Position numbers and translations under genes: made by a program
Source: Octopus vulgaris
Taxonomy: Eukaryota
Assembly: GCA_951406725.2 (NCBI GenBank)
Contig: OX597824.1
Span: 39,432,001-39,496,000 of the forward strand
Direction: 5' to 3'
Length of the DNA: 64,000 nt
Notes under the pieces: generated by a model
Told to the model about the DNA's origin: nothing
The model's database searches: none
The model's input: the letters and a program-made list of their open reading frames with translations, nothing else
Shown: positions 28,171 through 40,300 of the stretch, one piece after another
Numbering within the stretch: the first letter of the stretch is position 1
How the letters are laid out: each line of letters begins with the position of its first letter

Positions 28171-28267
28171 TCCTTTATTCTCGACATATGTTTCGAAGGC
28201 TGCATATTCCTAATTCCGAAGGAATAAGGAGTACATTATGCAGATTTCTCATCAGGAAAATCAAGGA
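28171..28267 (-). ncRNA. Type I hammerhead ribozyme (Penelope pLTR type)
   Basis: Stem I UCCUUGAUUUUC/GAGAAUAAAGGA, core CUGAUGA, long stem II (CUGCAUA/UAUGCAG closed by GAA/UUC), GAAA, palindromic stem III ACAUAUGU, GUC cleavage triplet. Confidence 0.85.
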
Positions 28268-28651
28268 ACTTATGTCGACATCAAAATGCACAAAAAACTT
28301 TTAGCTGACCGCTCTCAAGGAGCCCATGGCGATAATGAGTGTCTCTTTATAATGAGTGACGTCAGAGTGGCTGAATGTAGAAGAATCTAGAAGTTTCTAA
28401 AGGTTCAAGAGTTCAAACGAAGTAGGAGGGAGGCATAAGAATAGTAATGGTGGGTTTAAATGATTTCCTTTGTGAATGAGTGCCTGTGTGTGTGACTGTC
28501 TTAATGTGTGTATGTGTGTGTCTGAATGCTTGATTGTGTTTGTGGATGGGTAGATGTCAGAAAACTGACAGCTGTGAGCTGAAAGGTCTGTATATGTGTG
28601 TTCGATTATGTTTACTGGAGGGAAAGGAAAGTAGATAGCGAAAGGGAGAAA

Positions 28652-28850
28652 GAATCGGGCGAGGTGAGAGGCAACGCAAGAATGTATAGTAGTAATTGGG
28701 AATATAAGAAAATCTCTTTTGACTATTGGGGTGAAATATAGCAAAAACTTTTTTTTTTTGCTATATTTCACCCCAATAGTCAAAAAAGATTTTCTTATAT
28801 TCCCAATTACTACTATCCATTCTTGCGTTGCCTTTCACCTCGCCCGATTC
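28652..28850. repeat. Inverted repeat with arms of about 96 bp and 3 mismatches
   Basis: GAATCGGGCGAGGTGA...GCAAAAA / TTTTTGC...TCACCTCGCCCGATTC. Confidence 0.95.
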
Positions 28851-29019
28851 ACAAATTTCATACAAATTTCCGCACGAAGACACGTAGTCTATGCCCTAGG
28901 GACGTAGCTTCAACCGTGTTCTTTCTGATGTGAATTTGCTACCCAGGTATCGGTTACCTTTCGAATTATCCTTAATAAGATAATTCATTCAATTATTCAT
29001 ATATATATAACTTCGATAA

Positions 29020-29072
29020 CAGATATGTTTCGACCAAAGACTGGTCCAAGCCATGTCTAACTTAATAGCACC
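29020..29072 (-). mobile_element. Short 3'-end fragment of the CR1-like LINE
   Basis: GCCATGTCTAACTTAATAGCACC is shared with the 3' end of the LINE at about 35330-35378. Confidence 0.7.
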
Positions 29073-29459
29073 GTATGTATGTATGTATATATGTGTGTAT
29101 GCATGTGAAGGTATATATGCTACGTGTATTTTCGGGTAGTCTGCGATATGGCATGGTGGAGAATACTCTCTCAAAGCACCGGATACTCAAACACGTAAAG
29201 TCATAGACAGACGATATAACCCACCTCCAATTCCATCCAGAAGTGACGGAAAACGATGTTGCACCATTTTTGTGGTTCCTCAACCTCACATACCCGAACA
29301 GGATCAGGCATGAATGATATCGCCAGTCCATAACTTATATGTATATAGCGTGCAAACTATGTGCAGGTATGCCGGAAAATGCTTGCATAAGAATGAATTC
29401 AGATACGAAATAAAAGCAGCGCTTGTGTGATAACATTTTCAGATACATATACTTAATTA

Positions 29460-29900
29460 TTTACATTACGTACATTATTTATATTCGACAGATATATTAG
29501 TCCCCATCTTGTTTGTTGTTAACACAACGTTTCGGTTGATATACTCTCCAGTCTTCTTCGGCTGTCTTGGGGAAATTTCGAACCTAGGTTCTCATTCCTA
29601 AGGTATTTTTCGATGTTGTTGTGGGCAAGTATGGAGTAAATTTTAGGGCTTATAAATCTAATATTCCTTAATACCGGTTCCCATATGCTGCTCATATCTG
29701 CACTCGGTCTGCTTAGGAGGTTTTTGTGTCCTAGCATATGTGTTGCTTCTTTTAGTTTTCGTATTTTCCAGTGGTGTTGTATTACTCTTGAAAAGATACA
29801 AAAGATATGCAGGCCATATGACATCAGGGTATGCAAGGGATATGCAAGGGATATGCAAGTTGTCTGAATACCTATCTTCCTGTAATGTTGGCCTTTGTAC
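29460..29900 (-). mobile_element. Rearranged Penelope-like fragment (GIY-YIG C-terminus plus pLTR)
   Basis: HWKIRKLKEATHMLGHKNLLSRPSADMSSIWEPVL on minus and EKIQKICRPYDIR on plus. Decayed hammerhead CCGAAGA..GAAACGTT at about 29515-29570. Confidence 0.75.
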
Positions 29901-30055
29901 CTGTGTTGGCAGCTGAGGTTTGAGTACGAATGAACTAGTTAATTATTATCTGCATTATCTAGAACCTTCTCTTGTAGCAAAGCATATCTTTTAATGTAAT
30001 TTGCTCATATGAAACCATTTATCATCATTCTCATGATTCAGAGAGTAACATTCAT

Positions 30056-30081
30056 TTCTACTCTAGGCACAAGGTCCGAAA
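30056..30081 (-). mobile_element. 26-bp SINE family A tail insertion with 17-bp TSD
   Basis: CAGAGAGTAACATTCAT at 30039-30055 and 30082-30098 flanks TTCTACTCTAGGCACAAGGTCCGAAA. Confidence 0.85.
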
Positions 30082-30540
30082 CAGAGAGTAACATTCATGA
30101 AGCTATGAACTTTAGTATTGTTCCAATGACTCGATCGCTTATCAGTAAATACATTTGATTTAATTCTATGTAAATATAAGAAGTAATCCAGCATTATTGA
30201 ATGGACGAATGCGGGAAAGAAAAGTGTATTTAACATCGCAGTTCACAATACTTTTCACAGAAGAAAAGTTGCACTGAAAGCTTGTGATATTCTCCAGTGG
30301 ACAATCAAAAATCGTGAAAAGGTTTCAAACTCGATTTGAAGAGATCATACTTCATGTAAGCCAGCAATGTTCTTAGAGAAATATACTAAAACCTCAACGT
30401 TTAGCTTCTCGTTTCAGACATAGAAATCTTCTGCAAAGGATAGGATGCTATAAAGTCTGACTAAAATATTTATAATCCCGATGCTAAATGTTCCCTAGTG
30501 TAACGTTAATTTGTTGAATATATTTGTTTTTATTTCTTAG

Positions 30541-30626
30541 TGAAAAGTAGAAGTTTTCGAATCAATGGTCATTTCAGGACGTACAGAATTATCGGAAGGA
30601 AAAGACGCGGCGATCACCCGAAGTGA
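30541..30626 (+). CDS. Candidate terminal coding exon of an unknown gene
   Basis: Acceptor TTTTTATTTCTTAG, open frame KSRSFRINGHFRTYRIIGRKRRGDHPK*, then a repeat-poor AT-rich stretch with AATAAA. No homology recognised. Confidence 0.25.
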
Positions 30627-32974
30627 AATCTATCAAGAATGCTTACAAAACAATGGATGTCGCTAAAGACATCCAAGGACCAAGTGGTTGTGTTAAACCG
30701 AGAAATGGATCAGATCTATTACATATTTCTTAGATATTGCATTATTTAGTTTAAAATGAATGTTTTATTTTTAAATAAGTTTTCTGCTGAAATAGTATCG
30801 ATATGATGTCTTTTAACATTTGCTATATATAATTTGTAATATTTGAAAGGTGAAAAAGAAAAGAAAATCGACAAGTTAATTGCATCGGGTGTGACGAAAT
30901 TGTGAAACGAAACAACAGACGCAAAAGAGAAAGAATCGAATAAGCATCGAATAAATAGATATAATTTTCATTGGATTTGTATTCATCAATAGTTGTTAGG
31001 AAATATAATTCAGGTATAAAAAGGGGTAAATTTCCTTTACTGAGAAAATATATGAAATGGAAATGATAATGAATCGTGTTTATATTAATCCATTTTACAA
31101 TAAATAATAGTTGAAAAACGTTATTATATCTGTAAATTAATAATATGGATGTTTTGTATTATATCCGCCATTGTACTAAAAACTACATACGCAATATTTC
31201 CTTTTGAGTATTTAATTTAGAAAATTTTGTTTAACAGGAAACATTCCATCACAAATCTTATTTACCTAAAGAGAATTAGAGTTGGTACACAAGATTACAG
31301 GTTCCATTCAAACCTTATTGTATTATTGTTTTTGCTTTTACTTAGCCTATTACTGCTTGTTTATTGCTGTCATTTTCCCCCTTTTTCCTTATTTTAGGTT
31401 AATCATAAAGCTTTCTGAATTAGAAAGATTTTAAAACTCAGATATACACTGTTTACAGAAACATATTAAATCATAGCAAATTAGTTTTACATTGATTCTA
31501 ATGCCGGATATTCGAAATTGTAAAAGAAGGACAAAAAAGCTTCGAATTTATTTAATGTATTCATTTGGAAAATGGGAACTGCTGACAAAAGTTTCATTCT
31601 CTAGAATTCAATCAAATATTTTATGAAAGCTTTTTATAAATTTTTTTTTCTAAACTAAACTTTTACCAAATGAGTGTGATTCATGTAACATCGGCATGTT
31701 TTAATGAAATATATTCTTAACTGATTAGATTGCTGCCATATTTGTTTTATTGAAACCACCGTGAATAGGGCTTCGATCATTTATCAAATGCAATTTAGGC
31801 GGTCGGCATGCTTCTATTCTTCATTAATGAATGTATTATAACTTAGACAACTGCTATTAAAACCTTATAAAGCACTGATCGATTTAATTTATGTTACAAA
31901 TTATATGATTTTGTTAATTCTAGTAGTTGTTGATGTAGCTGTTGTTGATGTTTAACTGAACTGTCACACGTATTAAGGAGATCACACATATTAAGGAGAA
32001 TAGTAGAACATCAAAAATGTTCTACTATTCACCAATCTGTTTTATATGAACTTAGGACTATATTATCTAAATTTTAAAATGGTCAGTTTTAATACGAGGC
32101 AAGTTTGGCAGATATTTTGATTAAGTGACAGGATTGATGAATTCCAAGTTAGGATCAATGAATACAATGATATGGTATGCTGTATATTTCTAGGGTATCT
32201 ATGGCATAAATTCTCATACTTCTACAAGAGATAATGTCTCCTATAGAAGTAAATATAATCTAACTATACGCCCAGCATATCCCACGTACGACATATTTCA
32301 CATAATTCTAAGAAGAATACGAAACCATTTGTAAGAAACGAAAGTGCATCTCTAAAAGAAACAGAGAAATTATCGGAAAATAACAAAAAGCAACTGGAAT
32401 TAGAGATTTCCAGATATTTAGAAGTGTTGATCACATCTCTGTATATCTATTCTCAGGCTTCTTAAAGATTGGCAGATGGCTATATATGTAACCCTCTCAC
32501 CACGCCATTGAGAAAAGCCAGCGCATTAGTGCCAACATAGCTTAATACAAGTGTCATTTAATGCATCTTATTCGACGTAGCTTTCAGAATATATACAGCA
32601 GGTCTTTTATATCACGTTTAATAGCTCGGACGATCTACCACTCTTGGGAACTCATTTTAACGATCGCAGACAGTACAATTGCCCACGACAGCATTTGATC
32701 TCAGAATGGGGAGACCATGCTGATTCACTAACTTGATTGAATGAAAAAAATTATGCCAAAAAAAAAAAAATACACACCTTTCAATTGATTCAATCGATTA
32801 TTACGTAGAAACAAAGCTTTAAATTTAAAATGGCGACAAAGATGTTTACATTCGTATTTAATTAATATCATTCAATCAATTCATGTCGAGTTATTATATA
32901 AATTACTGAAAAGTGTTTAATTCCATATTACATATAAAAATTATACATACTATCGTCAATACTCAAGCATTCAT

Positions 32975-33324
32975 GGTTGGCGGAAATTTCACCTCGGAGA
33001 AAATGATTAGCGGCATTTTCATTTGACTATTCATGTTTCGAATTCATATATTACAAAAGTCAAATTTGACTTTCATCGTTTCGGGGTCGATAAAATAAGT
33101 ACTAGTTGAACATTGTGGACGATATCATCGACAAACCTATCCCTAAAAAATTTCATACCCTTTGTTTACACGCCTAGAACAATGCCTCCTAGGTAGACGT
33201 TGCATTTCATCCTGAGGTCGATAAAATAAGCACCAGTTCAGCACGGAGTCAATGTTATCTACTAGACTCCACTCCCCGCAAACTGCTGGCTTTGTACCAA
33301 AATTATTATCATTATTATTATTAA

Positions 33325-33387
<63 letters not shown>

Positions 33388-33599
33388 GGCGGTAAGCTGG
33401 CAGAATCGTTAGCACGCCGTATGAAATGCTTAGCGGTATTTCGTCTGTCGTTACGTTATGAGTTCAAATTCTGGCGTGATCGACTTTACCTTTCATCCTT
33501 TCTGGGTCCATTACATAAGTACCACTTACGCACTGGTGTCAATACAATCGATATAATCCCTTCCCCAAAATATGAGGCCTTGTGGTTCCAGTAGAAAAG

Positions 33600-33600
<1 letters not shown>
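32975..33600 (+). mobile_element. Head-to-tail cluster of three SINE family A copies, with (TTA)n before and after the last
   Basis: Cores at about 33060, 33200 and 33480. Clean head at 33386. Confidence 0.8.
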
Positions 33601-33656
<56 letters not shown>

Positions 33657-34167
33657 GTTATTGTTATTATTGCTGTTGTTGTTGTTACTATTATTGTTGT
33701 TGTTGTTGTTGTTATTATTATTATTATTATTGTTATCATTATTATTAGTAGTAGTAGTAGTGTTAATTTTATTATTGACGCTGTTGTTTTGTTAAGAGGA
33801 AGGGGAGAAGACGAGTGATGCATATAGTTATGGTAAAGATCTTCGTGTAAAGATGACGATGATTATAAGGATACAGGCGATAACGTCGGCAAAAACGATG
33901 ACAACAACGACGACGGCGATGATGATGATGATTACCGCAAAGCTATGATAAAAACATGGCGACAAAGATGTTCGAATTGATGTTTACTTAATTAATACCA
34001 TTCAATCAATTCGTATCGATTTATCATCGTAACTTACAGAAAATGCTCACCACATTTCCAGACATTTCTAATATAGAACACACTTTAATTATTTGACATA
34101 TTAAATTTACTGCTTATAAGAATTTCCTACATGCATCTACACATGCGCACACATGCACACATACACA

Positions 34168-34203
<36 letters not shown>

Positions 34204-34646
34204 TATCTTAGAATATAAGGCAGTTATTCGATATCCAGTGTTGTGTGCATATATTCAAAGTTAATCAATCGGAGCTCGAAAAATCGTTGAAAGCACGTCT
34301 ATTTAATTGGCAAGAGTGTATATTGGTGTCAATTAAATGGCTGACTTGTCGTCCATTATTTAATCCCTGATTCAAAAATTACAAATATAAAATACACGTA
34401 GCCTGTGGTATCGGACTACTGGTTTCTATGTAAAGAAATTCTTTATAAACCCATGCGATGTTAAGGTCGCGTTCATTCTACCAGCTCCATTAATGTTACA
34501 CAGTCCTCCCCACACAAAAAACACACATATGCATAGGGGTGCACCTGCAAGTGTATCCTCCAGGGTGTGTATGTTGTGTGTTTCGAATTTTCAAAGATGC
34601 TCTCAGTCTCTTTCTCGCTCAGTATATTTACATATATATAGATATA

Positions 34647-34709
<63 letters not shown>

Positions 34710-34723
34710 ATGTTATGCATATA

Positions 34724-34789
<66 letters not shown>

Positions 34790-35279
34790 ATATGCATAAA
34801 CATACATATATATATATATATGTATATTTATATATATATAGTCTCTGAGAGAAAGAGACTGACAGACAGACAGAGACAGAGTAAGTGTTGCTGTGCATGT
34901 ATGTGTACATTATAATGGTTCCTTATACAATGGCTCTCTCAACGTGTAGAGACATTTTAGGAAGTAACGAAGAATTTAATGAAATAAATTCCCAAGTTTC
35001 TCAGTAATTGAGATTTCCGAATAATATGTTGCTGAGAGTAATTACAAATTTTCCCAAAGAAACAAAAAGGAAAAAGAAAAACTGTGTATAGTTTTCTATT
35101 TTAAAATGGAAGCAATTTTCTTCGTTGCTTGAACACATATATACAAGCAAGGAGATACAGATGCAGTCAAATATTCGTACAACTATATATGCAATCCTAC
35201 AAATAGCAGATACGCAGACATATAGAGAAATGAAAAGAAAACATTTCAGTATCAGTACATATTGAACGATATATATATG

Positions 35280-35309
<30 letters not shown>

Positions 35310-35311
<2 letters not shown>

Positions 35312-36066
35312 CTTTACTTTGATACTTTGATAGGTTTCGGCCATTATTGGCCCAGGCCATGTCTAACTTAATAGCACCACCTGGTGAAGTCTTTCAAGTC
35401 AGAATTTGGGCATTATGGCCCACTCAAGTAGAGAGTTATTGTTTACAGAGACATATCCGGGTGTAGGGGGTTTATCCGGGATTTCTTGAAGGTATCTGTC
35501 CAAAGACTTCTTGAACCCTATAGGGTCAGTTTCTGTTTTAATGTGTTTTGGTGTAATGTTAAAGAGAGCGGGGCCAATTGAGGTGAAATAATTGTGCCGT
35601 ATTGTTGTTATGAGATGAGAGTGCGATTTTTATTTTGGGCGGATGGCACGGGGCCCAAGCCTTGGATGTACCTTAAAGGTGATGCCAACATCATTTGGGA
35701 AATGCTGATGGAATATTTTCCATATCATGCAGATGATGTAGCGCTCACGACGACGTTGGAGAGAATAGAGTTTTAGCTTTTCTAGTCGACCCCAATAGTC
35801 GAGGCCTGTCATGCCATCTATCTTTTTTGTGATTGCCCTTTGAGGTGCTTCAACTTTTATGATACCTTGTATTGTGTGGGGAGACCACAGTGGACAACAG
35901 TATTCAAGGTGGGGTCGGGCAAAAGTGGAGAAGAGAAGGATAATGGTGTGGATATCTCTCGACTGGAGAGTTCTGAGAATCCAGGAACACATTCTGCGGG
36001 CCATGTCAACTTTGGTGTTTATATGAGTGGCCCAGCTTACGTTGTTGTCCACAATTACTCCCAAGT

Positions 36067-36072
<6 letters not shown>
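35310..36072 (-). mobile_element. 5'-truncated CR1-clade LINE (RT C-terminus plus 3' UTR)
   Basis: [39 protein letters not shown]. Short-repeat 3' tail. (TA)n on both flanks. Confidence 0.9.
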
Positions 36073-36128
<56 letters not shown>

Positions 36129-36156
36129 TAGAGAGTTAGATATGGATATATATATA

Positions 36157-36204
<48 letters not shown>

Positions 36205-36513
36205 GTGTATATATATATATATATATATGTATTAAGTATATGTATGTATATATATGTATGTATTTATGCATATACATACACATCCATATATATCTGCATG
36301 TTTACCTATATGTAGGATATGTTTCTTTTGGTTGGAAACATTTGAAGTAGTCATGGATTCACACATGTAAATACTTTTTCCAAAGCTACATACATTTCCT
36401 TTGTATGCATCTACACACGATAAGTAATATTTGGAAGCTCTTCGGAAGCACTTGCTGAACAAACGCACACAAACGCATACTCATCCATCCCTATACACAC
36501 CATCATATATATG

Positions 36514-36544
<31 letters not shown>

Positions 36545-36547
36545 ATG

Positions 36548-36584
<37 letters not shown>

Positions 36585-36878
36585 TTGTGTATATATATAT
36601 TTGTATATATATATAAATATATATATATATGAACGTATGTATTACAGTCGGACAGATATTCGCTTATATATAGACATGGGCGCTTTTGTGTATATGCGTG
36701 TGTAGGTGTGTGTTTGTGTGTGTAAATATATATCAATCAAACTCAAAAGGAAGAAATCAATGTGTATGCAGATTTTATAATATCATTCTGACCTGAAACG
36801 TAATTGACCATCTCTGATTTATGCACATCAAACAGCTAGGATACATACATACATACATATGTATATATATATATATAT

Positions 36879-37423
36879 ATTTATATATAGAGGGCATTAT
36901 ACATACATGCCAGAAGGCATTATACATACATGCCAAACGCTAAGAGGGACAATTAGTCATTTCTACCAAAAATATTACTAATCCCACCGAATGCAATTTT
37001 TCAAAGTACGACATTAAAAAAATATATAGACCTGTATCACAGTGATTTCATACTTACGTACTCATCAGCAGGCCAGAATGCATTATAAATAAACAACGAC
37101 CCTGCCCCGCTTAAGTCGATCAGCTAACTGCTCAACATTAACGAAGCACATGGGTGAGTTTACATATATTACATCCGGATAAATGGCAAACTTTTACGAA
37201 TTGCATTTCGGGAGAGGAGAAGTTTTTTCGGAATAAAAATTTAGCAATTAAGGACAACTACTTAATAAGGAAAACTTAACAAGAAATTGTCAGGTAGATA
37301 GCGTAAAAACCTCATAAGAGAAAAAATTTCGAAAATAATTATTTCTTATTGAACATATTAATTTATATATAGAGGGCATTATACATACATGCCAGAAGGC
37401 ATTATACATACATGCCAAACGCT
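36879..37423 (-). mobile_element. Hammerhead-containing non-coding insert flanked by identical 63-bp direct repeats
   Basis: Direct repeats at 36879-36941 and 37361-37423, with the hammerhead inside. Confidence 0.65.
37029..37074 (-). ncRNA. Type I hammerhead ribozyme
   Basis: GGCCUG-CUGAUGA-GUAC(GUAA)GUAU-GAAA-UCACUGUGA-UA-CAGGUC. All three stems form, with an AUA cleavage triplet. Confidence 0.88.
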
Positions 37424-37471
37424 TGTAATTATAATTATTTGAGGGAATATAAATCCAAACTTACAGGGATT

Positions 37472-37521
<50 letters not shown>

Positions 37522-37557
37522 AATAGTAAAGAAAATTAAAAGATATATAATTAAAAG

Positions 37558-37609
<52 letters not shown>

Positions 37610-37684
37610 TAAAAATATACAAATAAAAATGTACATATATCTGCATATAAGGAAAAAAGATATATACATATTTACAAACATTTT

Positions 37685-39440
37685 GTTGGATGGCCTTTGA
37701 CTGTTCAGGAGTTCATCCGCCCTTCGACAGATCTTATTTTTCACCCCGTAGAGTGTCCAAAAACACCCTCCTCACCAAGCAAATCTGGAGGGGTTGCTTG
37801 TTTAGTCGCCGACGACCCGACCATGCGACAGGTTGTACTGGATTACATGTTACCAGTAGCACTCAAGAGCTACCTGACATAGTTCCAAATATAGTGTCTG
37901 AGTCTCAGTACGGTTTTCGTTCCTCCATGGGCACAGCTGATTGTATCTTTACTGTCAGACAATTTCAAGAAAAGTGCATTGAACAGAATATTGCTCTATA
38001 CTATTGCTTTGTTGATTTGAGCAAAGCCTTCGGTACTGCTAATCGAAATGCTCTGTGGTTAATTCTAAAGAAAATATGAGCAGGGCTTTTGATGGTAGAC
38101 TCTCTGTACCTTTTGCTGTGGAAAATGGAGTCAAGCAAGGAGACCTTGATGCACCAACCATCTTTGCAATATACTTTGCTGTTGTGTTGTCACATGCTTT
38201 TCAAAACTCTGAGGAAGATATTTACACAAAATATCAAAAAACAGGGAATGTTTTAATCTGACCAGACTGAAATTCAAAACGGTTTTTCCTTCACTGATTA
38301 GGGAACTTTTGTACGCTGACGATAGCGATCTAGTCAGTCATTCTGTAACAGATTTGCAATCTCTGGTATCTTCATTTGACTCGGCTTGTGATGATTTGGG
38401 CTTGACCATCAACTTGAAAAAACAGATAAAATGCATCAACCTGCGTGTGATGCTGTTTTGTAACCCTCTAAAATGTTTGTTAAGAGAAAGTTACTTGAGG
38501 TTGTCGATTCGTTCGTCTACCTTGGGAGCTCTGTTCAAAATTATGGAATTTTGATTCAGAAATACAGTTGCGAATTCAAAGGGTAGCAAAAGCATTTGGG
38601 CGCTTGGAGTGATGCATTTGGTGCCAGCGAATATAGATAAGAATACAATGCTGGCTCTTTACAAATCATTTGCCTTACTATCCCTGTTGTATTCCTGGGA
38701 ATCTTGGACTTGTTATGAAAGGCATTTTAAATTGTTAGAACAATTCCACCAAAAATGCCTTCATCGCATTTTAGAAATTAAATAGAGTTCTTTTACTCCA
38801 AACACAGATGTCCTTGCATCTGCAGGCATCACCTCAAATGAGATGATGTGGCCATATTGTTCGAATGGCAGATGAACGCATACCAAAACAGCTGTTTTAT
38901 GGTGAGTTTGCAGAGGGTAAAAGCTATTGGTGTAAACCTAAAAAAAGGTTTAAGGACGACATAAGGATTACAATGAAGTCACTTGGAATGGTTCCAGAAG
39001 ATATAGAAACACTTGCTTCGGATCGAGTTGGATGGCTAACAAACGTGTGGAGTGGAGTGAAAACATTTCCAGGGGCCAGGATAAAGCAAGTAAGACTCAA
39101 AAGATTCTTTTGATGGCCTCAAATCTCATCAGCGAACACATGGAAAACGAGCGTCTACCATCTATTGTGACTATATTCTGTGCAATCCTTTGAATGCAGT
39201 GTATGCCAGAAGGTTCGCAATTCCAACGGAGGCCTCAAAAAAGATTTTAAGATCCACAAATAGCAGAATTTATCTGCAGCTCTTAGTGGTCCAAATCGGA
39301 GGTGCAATCTATGTGGGTATCTTTTCAGAACATTGTCTTTTCGGAACATTAAAAAGCCACGTCAGATGCCATGATGGTAATAAAGTGTAGGTACAAGGGG
39401 TAGTTAGACTCTGTACATGGAGCAGACAACCGCCATGTAT
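37685..39440 (+). mobile_element. RTE-clade LINE, internally deleted and decayed
   Basis: SESQYGFR..TADCIFTVRQFQEKCIEQN..FVDLSKAF, GVKQG, LLYADD and MADERIPKQLFYGE. (TA)n tail. Confidence 0.92.
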
Positions 39441-39599
39441 ATATATATATATGCAGCAATTTTATGAAGCTTTGAGTGCTACATTATGCTGAGTAACCCT
39501 TATGTATAAAATGACGTAATAATATAGAATATGATTGAAAGAACATCTGACTACTCTTTCTAACAGATTACGCAACCAATTCTACTATCAGCTTCATGA

Positions 39600-40300
39600 A
39601 ATCACATAGTGGTTAAACCAATGACAAGTTGCATAAGTGTAGTTATCTGTATACATGGGTAATGATGGTGAGTTACATGTATTAATGTCTAGTATTAATG
39701 TCTACTCAACATTAAAAAAATGTTTTGTACAGCTATAACTTACTTGAACGTTGATTCTGTTAAACAGCTTGTTTACTATATGGTCGTTCGAGATAGTTTT
39801 TACTGACTGCTCAGGGATGGAAATATGCTGTAGCGTTGGTTTACTACACCAATAATTTATGATAAATTATACCATATAATATTCCATTTCTTAGTGATTT
39901 TTGGGGTGGCTGCTTGCTATCAGGTTTCTGATAGACCCTCTACAGAATAATTCTATATGTTGAGAGTAGGATGGTTGAAGTATAATGTATTAATTTTCTC
40001 CATAATACTTAGTGGAAAACGCATTTGAACACTTTGCATTGTGGTTGGATGTACAAGGGTTGGTTTCTTGAAGGTTTTTATGTATTAGAAAGCAGATTAA
40101 TTTTGGATTTCATGGAGGGTATTGATTTAAAATTTGTTTTCATGTTAATGTTTAAGTGCTATATTTATTCTGTCCTTGAAAATATCAGCAGTGTACGTTG
40201 TTAGGAATTCTGAAAAAATTCTGTAAAACTCAAATTCTTCATTAGTGTTACTTTTTGATGGCCGACAGATACAAAACACTTTTCTATCAAAATATTATGA
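39600..40300 (-). mobile_element. Highly decayed Penelope-like ORF remnant
   Basis: Weak similarity by eye to the RT-to-GIY-YIG linker. Many stop codons. Confidence 0.35.

Noticed and set aside
28397-28907. Two ORFs on opposite strands with the same N-terminus (MTIGVKYSK)
   Set aside because: A consequence of the 28652-28850 inverted repeat.
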